Below, in pieces: positions 19,493-27,659 of a stretch of 36,589 nt of DNA (its first letter is position 1; the number at the start of each line of letters is the position of its first letter). Position numbers and translations under genes: made by a program. The notes beneath the pieces are model-generated. The model made no database searches and had not been told where the DNA came from. It saw only the letters and a program-made list of their open reading frames with translations. This DNA comes from Candidatus Zixiibacteriota bacterium. GTDB taxonomy: Bacteria > Zixibacteria > MSB-5A5 > GN15 > FEB-12. Location: assembly GCA_041742355.1 (NCBI GenBank), contig JBGSIV010000169.1, positions 1 through 36,589 of the forward strand. The letters are read 5' to 3'.

Positions 19493-19799
19493 GACGCTTG
19501 TGGGGCGCTGATCCTGCGTTGCCGGGTTCTCAGTTCCGGCGATCCGTGTCTCCTGCCTCGATCGCATCCGCGGAGCAGCTTTGCACGGATCCCGCCTGCT
19601 GCGTTTCGCACCGTCCCTGATGCCGCAGTGTTGCGCAAAAGTGTTGCTCTTTTAGCGTCGCGCCTTGAGCGTCAATCTGTCGCGCGTCGACAGATACGAA
19701 AATAGAAACGCATTCTCAATCAATGTCAAGGGAAAAAGTGAAAGCGTGGCGATGAGGTCGCCGGATCAAAGTCTCGACCCGTCAGCGCACTGACTCGCC

Positions 19800-19833
19800 A
19801 AAGAGATGCAACGGGCCTGAAGAGACCCGTTGC
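19800..19833 (-). terminator. Probable terminator hairpin of the lon-like gene
   Basis: GCAACGGG (19808-19815) / CCCGTTGC (19826-19833) stem just after the stop, with a weak U-rich tail. Confidence 0.55.
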
Positions 19834-19848
19834 GCGGATGACTTTCGT

Positions 19849-22416
19849 CTATGAGCGGCGCCTCGGTTTCGACAGCGCCGGTGTTGCCTTCTTCTTGCGC
19901 GGCGTCTTCCGCGCGCTCTTCTTCGCCGCAGCACCTTCTTTCTCGGGAGCCTTGCGCGACGCGTTATCCGCTTCGTCGCGTCCGAAATTCTGCAGTGTGA
20001 GCGCCATCTCCATGAGTTTCGTGTCGACTTGCGCGAACACCGAACCCGCCGTGAATTTCCCGTCGGCCTGCCGCTTGCCTGCCGGCACTCCGGTGAGCAC
20101 CTCTATCCCCTCTTCAATCGTGCGGATCGGCCAGATGTGGAACTCACCATTCTTGATCGCCTCGATGACGTCGGGGCGCAGGAGCAGATCGGCCACGTTC
20201 TGATGCGGTATCATCACTCCCTGGCTGCCGGTCAATCCCCGTGCGCTGCAGACATCGAACCACCCCTCGATCTTCTGGTTCACGCCACCGATCGGCTGGA
20301 TCTCCCCCTGCTGATTAATCGACCCGGTGACCGCGATTCCCTGGTCGATCGGGAGCCGCGCCAGGGACGAGAGAATGCAGTACGCTTCGGTCGATGAAGC
20401 CGAGTCGCCGTCGACCCCGGTGTACGCCTGCTCGAACGAGATCGAGGCCGACACCGCCATCGGCTTGTCCTGCGAGAACATTTGCCGCAGGTACCCCGAC
20501 AATACGAGCACCCCTTTGTTGTGAATGGGCCCCGAGAGATCCGCTTCCCGTTCGATATTGATGATTCCCGATCGGCCCAGCGCCGTGCTCGCCGTGATCC
20601 GGCTCGGACGGCCAAACGAGTAGTCGCCGATGTTGTAGACCGACAGTCCGTTGATCTGCCCGACCGCGCTGCCGGTGGTGTCGACCATGAGCACGTTGGT
20701 ATCGAACAGCTCCTGGATCTTCTCCTCGGCCAGATTCACCCGCTGCCGCTTGAGCTTGATCGCGCAGTGAACATCCTCCCGGGTGACCGCCCTGGCGTCG
20801 CGCTGACGGGCGCAGTAGGTCGCTTCGCGGATGATGTCCGAGATCGCCGACAGCCGCGAGGTCAGTTTTCCCCGTCGCCCCGACAGGCGCATGCCGTATT
20901 CGGCCACCGCCTGCATTCCCGACAGGTCGAACTTCAGGAGCTCCTCGTCGGCGATAATGCGGCGGACATACTCGAAATACCGCTGCAGGTGGCTGCGGTC
21001 GGCCTCCACCTCGGTGTCGAATTCCGCCTTGATCTTGAACACCTTTTTGAAATCTTCGTCGAGGTGCCACAAGAGCTGATAAACGCGCGGTTCACCCACC
21101 AGCACCACCTTGATTTCGATTGGAATCGGCTCCGGCTTGATCCCGGAACCCGCCATCATATAGAAGGGATCGAAACTGGCGATTTCGATTTCGTTGTTGC
21201 GCAGCGTCCGCTTCAGGTGAGTCCAGACTCCCGGCTCCACCAGCACATCGAGCGCGTCGAGCAAGATGAATCCGCCTGAAGCCCGCAGGAGCGAGCCGCC
21301 ATAAATCCGCGTGAAATCGGTGCGCCAGTATCCAAACCGGTCGACGACCCGTTCAAGGGAGCCGAAGAGGTTTTTGTACGAGGGGGATTTCTCATAAACA
21401 ACCGGCGCCCGTTTCGTTCCTGAGTTGTCCAGAAGGAGGTTGACCGAAAACTCCTCGAACGGCTCCCGTTTCCGGTAGGGCGGCGCATCTTCTTCCCCGC
21501 GCCGCGGCTGCGCCTCGCGGAATCGATCGAGATCCGACAGGAGGGCCTCTTCGACCTCGTCGAGGTACGCCCCCACATGCTCATCAGGGAACCGGCGGCG
21601 CATCAAGTTGATCTTGTCACCCACCAACGGCGCCACCATCGAAAAATTCAGCTTATCCAGCGCATCTTCCATTTTGCCGGTGAGCTTTTTCGACTCGATC
21701 GTAATAGTATCGAACTCACGGCGCAGGCTGTCCCAGGTCCGGCGCATCTGGTCGAGGCGCGACAGCGGGAACTTCCCCTCGCGCGCCTGCCGCTCGAGTT
21801 GCTCGATCGACACCGGGTTGTCCTCAATCAGCGGCTGGATCTCGTTGCGCACGCCCATCCCCGACTGGATCTGCACCATCACGAAGCCGACATTGTTGAG
21901 CCGCTCTTCGAAGCCGTGAATGAGATTTTTCTGACGGTTTTCGAATTCGCGGATGATCCTCCCCTGGCGCTCCTTGAAATCCTCCGACATGAACACCTTG
22001 GGAATGACCTTGCGCAGCGATTGGATCAGGTAGTTCATATCGTGCTTGAACTTGGCCCCCTGGCCCGCTTTGAAAAGGAGAATGCGCGGACAATCTTCGT
22101 TCTTGAAATTGTTGACATAGCAGACATCCTGCAGCGCGAGCGGCTTCTTCCTGGCATACTCTTCGAGCAGATGCATCGCGGCATCCACCCGGCCCGTGCC
22201 GACCCGGCCGGTAATGAAAATATTGTACCCCGGCGAGGTCATCGAAAGACCGGTGCGAATCGCCTCAATCGCCCGAGGCTGACCGATGACTCCTTCGCTC
22301 GACTTCAGATCGTCGGAAGACCGAGCTCCCCGCGGCACGAATTTAACCGTGTAGTCGAGGTCGGCGTATGTGAGTTCCTTAACCTTCTTCACCGTTCGCT
22401 TGGTCTTCGCAGGCAT
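19849..22416 (-). CDS. Lon-family (S16) protease of LonC/AAA_32 type
   Basis: IGQPRA, coiled-coil insert, GQINGL, DGDSAS (Ser) and GGVNQKIEG (Lys) dyad; degenerate Walker A GRVGTGR; GGAGGAG RBS before ATG 22416. Confidence 0.92.
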   Translation of the reverse strand: MPAKTKRTVKKVKELTYADLDYTVKFVPRGARSSDDLKSSEGVIGQPRAIEAIRTGLSMTSPGYNIFITGRVGTGRVDAAMHLLEEYARKKPLALQDVCYVNNFKNEDCPRILLFKAGQGAKFKHDMNYLIQSLRKVIPKVFMSEDFKERQGRIIREFENRQKNLIHGFEERLNNVGFVMVQIQSGMGVRNEIQPLIEDNPVSIEQLERQAREGKFPLSRLDQMRRTWDSLRREFDTITIESKKLTGKMEDALDKLNFSMVAPLVGDKINLMRRRFPDEHVGAYLDEVEEALLSDLDRFREAQPRRGEEDAPPYRKREPFEEFSVNLLLDNSGTKRAPVVYEKSPSYKNLFGSLERVVDRFGYWRTDFTRIYGGSLLRASGGFILLDALDVLVEPGVWTHLKRTLRNNEIEIASFDPFYMMAGSGIKPEPIPIEIKVVLVGEPRVYQLLWHLDEDFKKVFKIKAEFDTEVEADRSHLQRYFEYVRRIIADEELLKFDLSGMQAVAEYGMRLSGRRGKLTSRLSAISDIIREATYCARQRDARAVTREDVHCAIKLKRQRVNLAEEKIQELFDTNVLMVDTTGSAVGQINGLSVYNIGDYSFGRPSRITASTALGRSGIINIEREADLSGPIHNKGVLVLSGYLRQMFSQDKPMAVSASISFEQAYTGVDGDSASSTEAYCILSSLARLPIDQGIAVTGSINQQGEIQPIGGVNQKIEGWFDVCSARGLTGSQGVMIPHQNVADLLLRPDVIEAIKNGEFHIWPIRTIEEGIEVLTGVPAGKRQADGKFTAGSVFAQVDTKLMEMALTLQNFGRDEADNASRKAPEKEGAAAKKSARKTPRKKKATPALSKPRRRS

Positions 22417-22825
22417 TCTCTCCTCCACAGGCATCCAAAGATTTGCTCCTCAAATATAGGGCAGCATGGTATTGAAATAAACCCCAAATGCGGCCGTCCG
22501 GTCCCAGTCTTGATGATCTGCTGCTGTCATTCGGCAGATTTGGGTGGGACGGGCGCACCAAATAGACTAATCCGTTAGCTCCTAAGAACTTGATATGGAG
22601 TAACGGGCGTGGCGTTCAAATCCGCATGGAACGCTCATCAGCGCGCTGGCAGTATTGGCAGCACCAAACTGCCATTTTGGCGCTACCATGCACGTCACCG
22701 CTGCCGCTGAACCCAAAATAGCCAAAAAAACTTGGCAAAAGTTACGAGGGACTAATCGGTTCGGGTTCATTGTATTACACGAGGTGATTCTTGTAATTGC
22801 TTGCCCCGCAATCGTCTTAGGTCAC

Positions 22826-22855
22826 TTGACAGATGTTTTAGAAATTCTATATTCT
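22826..22855 (+). promoter_or_regulatory. sigma70 promoter of tRNA-Glu
   Basis: TTGACA at 22826 with TATATT (16 bp spacer) or TATTCT (18 bp spacer). Confidence 0.7.
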
Positions 22856-22891
22856 GAGCCGTTGCTTTTTTAGCATTGCGCGTTGAGTTTT

Positions 22892-22963
22892 GGCGGTATC
22901 GTCTAGGGGTTAGGACGAGTGGTTCTCAGCCATTAAACCGGGGTTCGAATCCCCGTACCGCTA
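22892..22963 (+). tRNA. tRNA-Glu (anticodon CTC), CCA not encoded
   Basis: Acceptor GGCGGTA/TACCGCT, D arm GTCT..GGAC, anticodon arm AGTGG-TTCTCAG-CCATT, T arm CGGGG-TTCGAAT-CCCCG. Confidence 0.96.
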
Positions 22964-22976
22964 AGAGTCAAGCTGT

Positions 22977-23012
22977 GAAGGGGTCAGGATGGTGGTCAAC
23001 CTGGCCCCTTTC
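22977..23012. terminator. Hairpin between tRNA-Glu and the convergent GNAT gene
   Basis: AAGGGGTCAGG / CCTGGCCCCTT stem with one G-U pair. Confidence 0.55.
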
Positions 23013-23058
23013 GGCTGTCTGGACCATTCTGTCCCCGTTGTCAACTATTGTCGTCCCG

Positions 23059-24177
23059 CTACAAATGTATCGGCCCGTCACCGTCACCGCGATTCACATG
23101 TACCCGTTCGAACGCCGCATCGCAACTCTCGATTGTCTTCGTCAGATCTCGCGAGGTCGCCAGCACGAAATTCGATGGTCCGACCAGAAAGCCGCTGTTG
23201 GCTAACGCCGAACACCACCACGGGTGCGCCTGGTTCGACACTACGAGGTCCACTCCCCGCTCCTCCAGAAAATCCGTCGCCCCGCCAATCACGGCATCCG
23301 CATGTTCGGGTGCGGCGAAACAGTCGGCGATTGTTCCGACCCGCATGCTGCCGAACTGCTTGTGGTCTTTCATCTGTGTATCGAGCACTACTACCCAGCC
23401 CGCCGGACGGCCATCGACCTGCACCAGCAGCCGGTAGTACCGTTTGCTCTCGCCCGGATACAAGACGGTCAGCACCGGTTTGTTGCGCACCGCGACAAAC
23501 GAGTAGTCCGCGCCATGCGCCTGCCACACCTCGTTGGCCCACTGGTCGAATTCGGTTACCACCTCGGTGCTCGCCCGCCCGAGACGGGTGCGTTTCTTCC
23601 TGCGCGAGGCCTGCAGCGACAGGATCCCCAGCGGCCCGACTCCGGTGGCCGACGCCACGGTGCTCAGGAGACGCCATGCGGGACGCTCCCGCAGCAGACT
23701 CAGATTGCGCAGAAACGACTGCGGATGGCACACGCGGAAATGAAATGGCACCGTCTGCACCCGCCACCCCATCGCGGAGAGCATCTTCGGCAACGGACGG
23801 TCCTTCCCGCCCATCCCGAGGGCATAGAGCAACTTCTGGCGCTGGAGCGCATGGGTCAACAGCAGCATGGCAACCGTCGCGTAAGCCTTGTCGATCGTTC
23901 CCTCCGACAGCGGCAGCTGATAGTTGCCGATCTCTTGCACCGTCGTTCCGACGAGGAACTGCTGATGTTTCAGAATGTATCCCCCCCGCACCTTGTCATC
24001 CTCATCCACCGCGACGAAGTACTCCTGGTACAACGACCGCCCCTCAACCTTTGGCAGCCATTCGGGTACAATCGCATCTGGGAACTGGAAGCGCACCCCG
24101 CCCTGGCGCAACCGCCGATTAAACTGAGTGACTTCGAACACCCGATTTTCAGTGTACGGCTCGATCCTGATCTTCAT
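23059..24177 (-). CDS. GNAT/FemAB-like tandem acyltransferase-fold protein (putative)
   Basis: GNAT-like patterns (YFVAVDEDDKVRGGY; YRLLVQVDGRPAGWVV..GTIADCF..DAVIGGATDFL); GGAGG RBS before ATG 24177; no signal peptide. Confidence 0.6.
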   Translation of the reverse strand: MKIRIEPYTENRVFEVTQFNRRLRQGGVRFQFPDAIVPEWLPKVEGRSLYQEYFVAVDEDDKVRGGYILKHQQFLVGTTVQEIGNYQLPLSEGTIDKAYATVAMLLLTHALQRQKLLYALGMGGKDRPLPKMLSAMGWRVQTVPFHFRVCHPQSFLRNLSLLRERPAWRLLSTVASATGVGPLGILSLQASRRKKRTRLGRASTEVVTEFDQWANEVWQAHGADYSFVAVRNKPVLTVLYPGESKRYYRLLVQVDGRPAGWVVVLDTQMKDHKQFGSMRVGTIADCFAAPEHADAVIGGATDFLEERGVDLVVSNQAHPWWCSALANSGFLVGPSNFVLATSRDLTKTIESCDAAFERVHVNRGDGDGPIHL

Positions 24178-24196
24178 CGCCTCCACTCAATCCTTC

Positions 24197-25135
24197 TCAT
24201 GTCGCTCCGACCCGCAGCTTGTGTGACAACCACCGCCGCTCGAGATGCCGCCGCTCCGCATCGGTCAGGATGCGATCTCCGCGTTGCCGCCGAATGTAAT
24301 CCAGTAACTCGCCGACCGGCACAAACCATCCGGGCAACCTTCCGAGCCGCGTCATAAGCTCCGCGAAACGGCGATCCAGCGCCCCGTCCCGGACAAATCC
24401 GCACGCCAGGTGGGTGTACATGATGCACGCCCCTCCCTCGGCGACCAACTGATCCTGGCTTCTTTCACTGAGGCATCGCACAAACGACTCGATCTCTGGT
24501 CCCTCCGAGGATGCATACCAGTGGTTCACGAAGGGTCGACGGGGATCGTGGTACGGCATCATCGGGCAGGCGGCCAGCGTGTTGATATCCGGGAAGACGA
24601 AATTCCGCACGTACGTCACTCGCTCTTTGCACAGATCGGCCCAGTAGAGCGGGTCTCCCTCGATATGCCCGCGAAACTTGCGGTAGTGGTGAAAACGAGT
24701 CAGCGCGTTGTACGCCAGCCTTTGCGACCCCGACAGCCGGGCATCCCCCCAGTAGATATTCTCGCGGCAGGCGCTATGATTGGCCATTGTCTTCGGCGGC
24801 CCGCCGAACAGCCCGGCGAACGCATTGAGTCCCCGTCTGGTTTGCTCTCGATCCGATGTATGGTAGGTCGCCATGTGGTATCCGATCTCAAAGCCGTCGG
24901 CCTGCAACTCCTTCACCCAGCGAAGATAGTCCGGATTCTCACAGGTAGCCCCGCCGCATGAGGGGGCTTGGTCCCCTCTGATCGGCCAGACACTCTTGGT
25001 CGTGCGCATCCCCAGGTTGCGCAACAGTGCGTACACCGGTCCGACATTCGCCACGTCGGCGAAGTCCGTGTCGTCGAAGATCGTGAACGCGAATCGTTTG
25101 CCGTCTGGCCACGTGATTGCTGGAGGATACGTCAT
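24197..25135 (-). CDS. Polysaccharide deacetylase (NodB/CE4)-like protein
   Basis: WPDGKRFAFTIFDDTD, GFEIGYH, ANHS, IMYTH, WFVPVGELLDY. Confidence 0.75.
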   Translation of the reverse strand: MTYPPAITWPDGKRFAFTIFDDTDFADVANVGPVYALLRNLGMRTTKSVWPIRGDQAPSCGGATCENPDYLRWVKELQADGFEIGYHMATYHTSDREQTRRGLNAFAGLFGGPPKTMANHSACRENIYWGDARLSGSQRLAYNALTRFHHYRKFRGHIEGDPLYWADLCKERVTYVRNFVFPDINTLAACPMMPYHDPRRPFVNHWYASSEGPEIESFVRCLSERSQDQLVAEGGACIMYTHLACGFVRDGALDRRFAELMTRLGRLPGWFVPVGELLDYIRRQRGDRILTDAERRHLERRWLSHKLRVGAT

Positions 25136-25156
25136 AGTCTGGTGCGTGAATCCGTT

Positions 25157-26839
25157 CTACTGCTGAAGCGTGATAGGGGGCGGCACCGGGTAATCCGCGC
25201 TCGTGGACCAGCTGTATGTGCCCGTCGCCTGATCGAGCTTAAACGAGGAGGCAGCAAAGAAGTCCCGGCAAGGACCATTCTTCTCGGTCGCGATCGGCCG
25301 CGCCTCGACATAGGTCGCTCTTTGTGCCCGCGCCCAACTGATCGCCATGTGGAGCATTGTCTCCTCCACCTTCCGCCCCATCACCCGGCAGCTGAGGACG
25401 AAATCGACGATCTTCGCCCGGTCGCCATCCAGCTCGCAACTACAAATGCCGGTCAAGCCGGCATCGCCAAACTTGTCGGCCACCCGGAATGTCCACAGCC
25501 GGCGGCAGGGGTTCTCCAACCACGACTCCAACTCGGCCGCGGTCATCCGACGTGTGGTCAGGTTCATTTGATTTGTCTTGTTGAGCAGCTGCACTGCCCG
25601 CTCGCGGTTGGTGTCGTTCAGCGGTTCAACCGTGACTTGCATCTGAAGGCTCGCCAGCCAGTCGTCGACTGAGCCGATCGCACCCATCAGATCCTGCCGC
25701 CGGCGTTCCGCCGCGTACATCTGCGCGCGGTTGCGATCCTCGCCGGACACAGCTACCGTGTCGAAACAATCGAGCGCCTCGAGCGTCGACAGGTAGAGCA
25801 TCGGGTCGGTCGGCCATTCCGGCACCAGGACCTCCGGCAGCGTTGAACGCACCCGATCGCATTCGACCGGGTTGTCGTCGATGAAGACGACCGATTGCAA
25901 CCCGAGATTCAGTTCCGCAGTGAGCTCGGCAAGATTCTGTGCCTTGTCCGACCAGTTAATCCGCCAACCGGCGAAATGCTCGCGCCGGAGCACCATTTCT
26001 GGATGGTTGTCGATCGCTTCAAGCGCCGTCTCCTCGACATTCTTGCTTACGATTCCCAGTAGAATTCCCCGGTTCCTGAGTGCCTTCAGACCCCGCTGGA
26101 ACGAGGCAAAGGCTTCGCCGATCGGATCGTGTCCCCCGAGGCGGATCTGATCCCGACCGATATCGCCGAGAATTCCACCCCACAGGGTATCATCCAGGTC
26201 GACTACCACGAGCTTGCGTGATCGCCCGAAAGCGGCGTTCACTGCGGCCTTGAGCGCCGCCATCGCAGCGACAAACACGTCGTTGCCGAACGTCACCTTG
26301 CCCATGAACCACAACTTGGGATTACTTGCTCGCGGTCCCGCCTGCGCCATCCACCGCCCGGCATCGAGGAAAAAGGTATTGGATGAACCGGCCAGGCGTT
26401 CCGCCAGCCGCAGGTTCATCTGCATGAGTACTGCGGCGTGTCCCAGTCCTGGCTTCATATCCAGCAGACCGTACCCGCGGTGGTAGTGCGGCATCGTCCA
26501 GGTCGGCACAAGAGCCAGGCGAGTGCGATCGTGAATTCCCGTAACCTGATCGGCAAACCGATCGACCTCGGCAAGGATGTTCTCCAACGGAACGTCCTCA
26601 TAATCAAGCAGACGCGCGAACGATTCGCTCACCCGTTCGGGACGGGTCCAGATCATGGTGACATCAGGGCGGGGGCTCCACGCCGGATGGGCGGCGTTCA
26701 GCAGGACCGGCGCGACCTGCTCGTACGGCGCCGTTACCGCTTCAACAAGCGGCATGGCCTCGTCATTGGCCAGCAGACCGGCCAGGTTGTCAATGGTGAA
26801 GTCGGCGACAAGCAGACACCGCAGCCGTTCGGTGCTCAT
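25157..26839 (-). CDS. fkbH: FkbH-family HAD-IIIC glyceryl transferase/phosphatase
   Basis: VVDLDDTLWGG, SKN, INWSDK, VFIDDNPVE, KTNQMNLTT, DKFGDAG, LSCRVMGR; ATG 26839 overlaps the ACP stop (ATGA). Confidence 0.93.
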   Translation of the reverse strand: MSTERLRCLLVADFTIDNLAGLLANDEAMPLVEAVTAPYEQVAPVLLNAAHPAWSPRPDVTMIWTRPERVSESFARLLDYEDVPLENILAEVDRFADQVTGIHDRTRLALVPTWTMPHYHRGYGLLDMKPGLGHAAVLMQMNLRLAERLAGSSNTFFLDAGRWMAQAGPRASNPKLWFMGKVTFGNDVFVAAMAALKAAVNAAFGRSRKLVVVDLDDTLWGGILGDIGRDQIRLGGHDPIGEAFASFQRGLKALRNRGILLGIVSKNVEETALEAIDNHPEMVLRREHFAGWRINWSDKAQNLAELTAELNLGLQSVVFIDDNPVECDRVRSTLPEVLVPEWPTDPMLYLSTLEALDCFDTVAVSGEDRNRAQMYAAERRRQDLMGAIGSVDDWLASLQMQVTVEPLNDTNRERAVQLLNKTNQMNLTTRRMTAAELESWLENPCRRLWTFRVADKFGDAGLTGICSCELDGDRAKIVDFVLSCRVMGRKVEETMLHMAISWARAQRATYVEARPIATEKNGPCRDFFAASSFKLDQATGTYSWSTSADYPVPPPITLQQ

Positions 26840-27141
26840 CGCACCCCTCCCCCAAGCGCTCCCTCGATATATGTCGCCAGCGTTCCTACAGTCGTGAAGG
26901 GCCCGTTTTCCCGGGCCCATAAGTCGGCATCGGTCAAAGTCACACTCTCGCCGAAGGCATCCTCGATTCTCTGCTCCACGGCTACCACGAATGTAACCAG
27001 TTCCAGTGAGTCGAGGGCGCCGGATGCTCCGGTCAGCGCGGTTTTCTTATCGCGCGGCAGTCGGCGGTCGGAGGGACGCTGTCGATTCAGTTCGTCGAGC
27101 GCGGAGTATATCGCCTGGAGTGTTTTTTCGCTGACAGTCAT
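26836..27141 (-). CDS. Acyl carrier protein
   Basis: GALDSLELVTFVVAVEQRIEDAFG phosphopantetheine motif; about 101 aa; coupled to fkbH. Confidence 0.9.
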   Translation of the reverse strand: MTVSEKTLQAIYSALDELNRQRPSDRRLPRDKKTALTGASGALDSLELVTFVVAVEQRIEDAFGESVTLTDADLWARENGPFTTVGTLATYIEGALGGGVR

Positions 27142-27254
27142 GGCCGTTCTTCGTTGTGCCGCCGGTCCCACACCGGACAGCCACGGCCAATCTACGCAAC
27201 ACCCCTCCGGTTGTCACGCGAAATAAGCCTCCGCACACTGGGGGAAATGGAACC

Positions 27255-27282
27255 TTGACAGCGGCTTCCGGTTTAGTAGCTT
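27255..27282 (+). promoter_or_regulatory. sigma70 promoter; predicted TSS at or near ATG 27289 (leaderless)
   Basis: TTGACA-16 bp-TAGCTT, ATG 6 nt downstream, no SD. Confidence 0.6.
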
Positions 27283-27288
27283 GTACTC

Positions 27289-27588
27289 ATGCTGCGACCA
27301 AGTACAAGCATATCCGGTAAAGCGCTGCTGCGCGTCTTGCTGGTAGCCCTGCTGCTGTCAGGATTCGTCGTCATGCTGCACCATGCCGCGCATTGCGACC
27401 ATCCCGGCAGCGACTGCTCCATTTGCAGCCTGCTTGGCTCGATTGTTGTCATCGCTGCGGTCGGATTGATCGTAATCTGTTCGCCGGCAAAGCCGATCCG
27501 CCATCATTTGTCGCGTGCTCACGTGCAGACGACCGGCCTGCCTCACCGTCCCGTTCGCGCCCCTCCGTCGATTCACTTTCCGTCCTGA
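27289..27588 (+). CDS. DUF2946-like regulatory leader protein with His/CxxC motif and C-terminal RAPP
   Basis: N-terminal hydrophobic segment, HHAAHCDHPGSDCSIC, second hydrophobic stretch, RAPP 5 residues before the stop; directly upstream of metal-uptake genes. Confidence 0.78.
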   Translation: MLRPSTSISGKALLRVLLVALLLSGFVVMLHHAAHCDHPGSDCSICSLLGSIVVIAAVGLIVICSPAKPIRHHLSRAHVQTTGLPHRPVRAPPSIHFPS

Positions 27589-27659
27589 CAATTTCACCCT
27601 GACGGACCATCCCTAATATCCGCTGCAGCCACTGTGTGCCGCAGCTAGCGGAGGATCGC

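Noticed and set aside
19300..19705. Two 112-aa ORFs spanning the Omp85 stop and terminator
   Set aside because: They cross a strong terminator, overlap a real gene and lack protein-like composition
22440..22820. AT-richer lon-tRNA intergenic region; looked for CIRCE, sigma54 and small ORFs
   Set aside because: No correctly spaced consensus found; the short ORFs are unsupported
22876..24357. + strand ORFs of 109-377 aa
   Set aside because: They overlap the tRNA or are antisense to the GNAT-like gene
27142..27288. attR-like tRNA repeat or Zur box
   Set aside because: No copy of the tRNA 3' end and no convincing palindrome; only a GAAATG partial match
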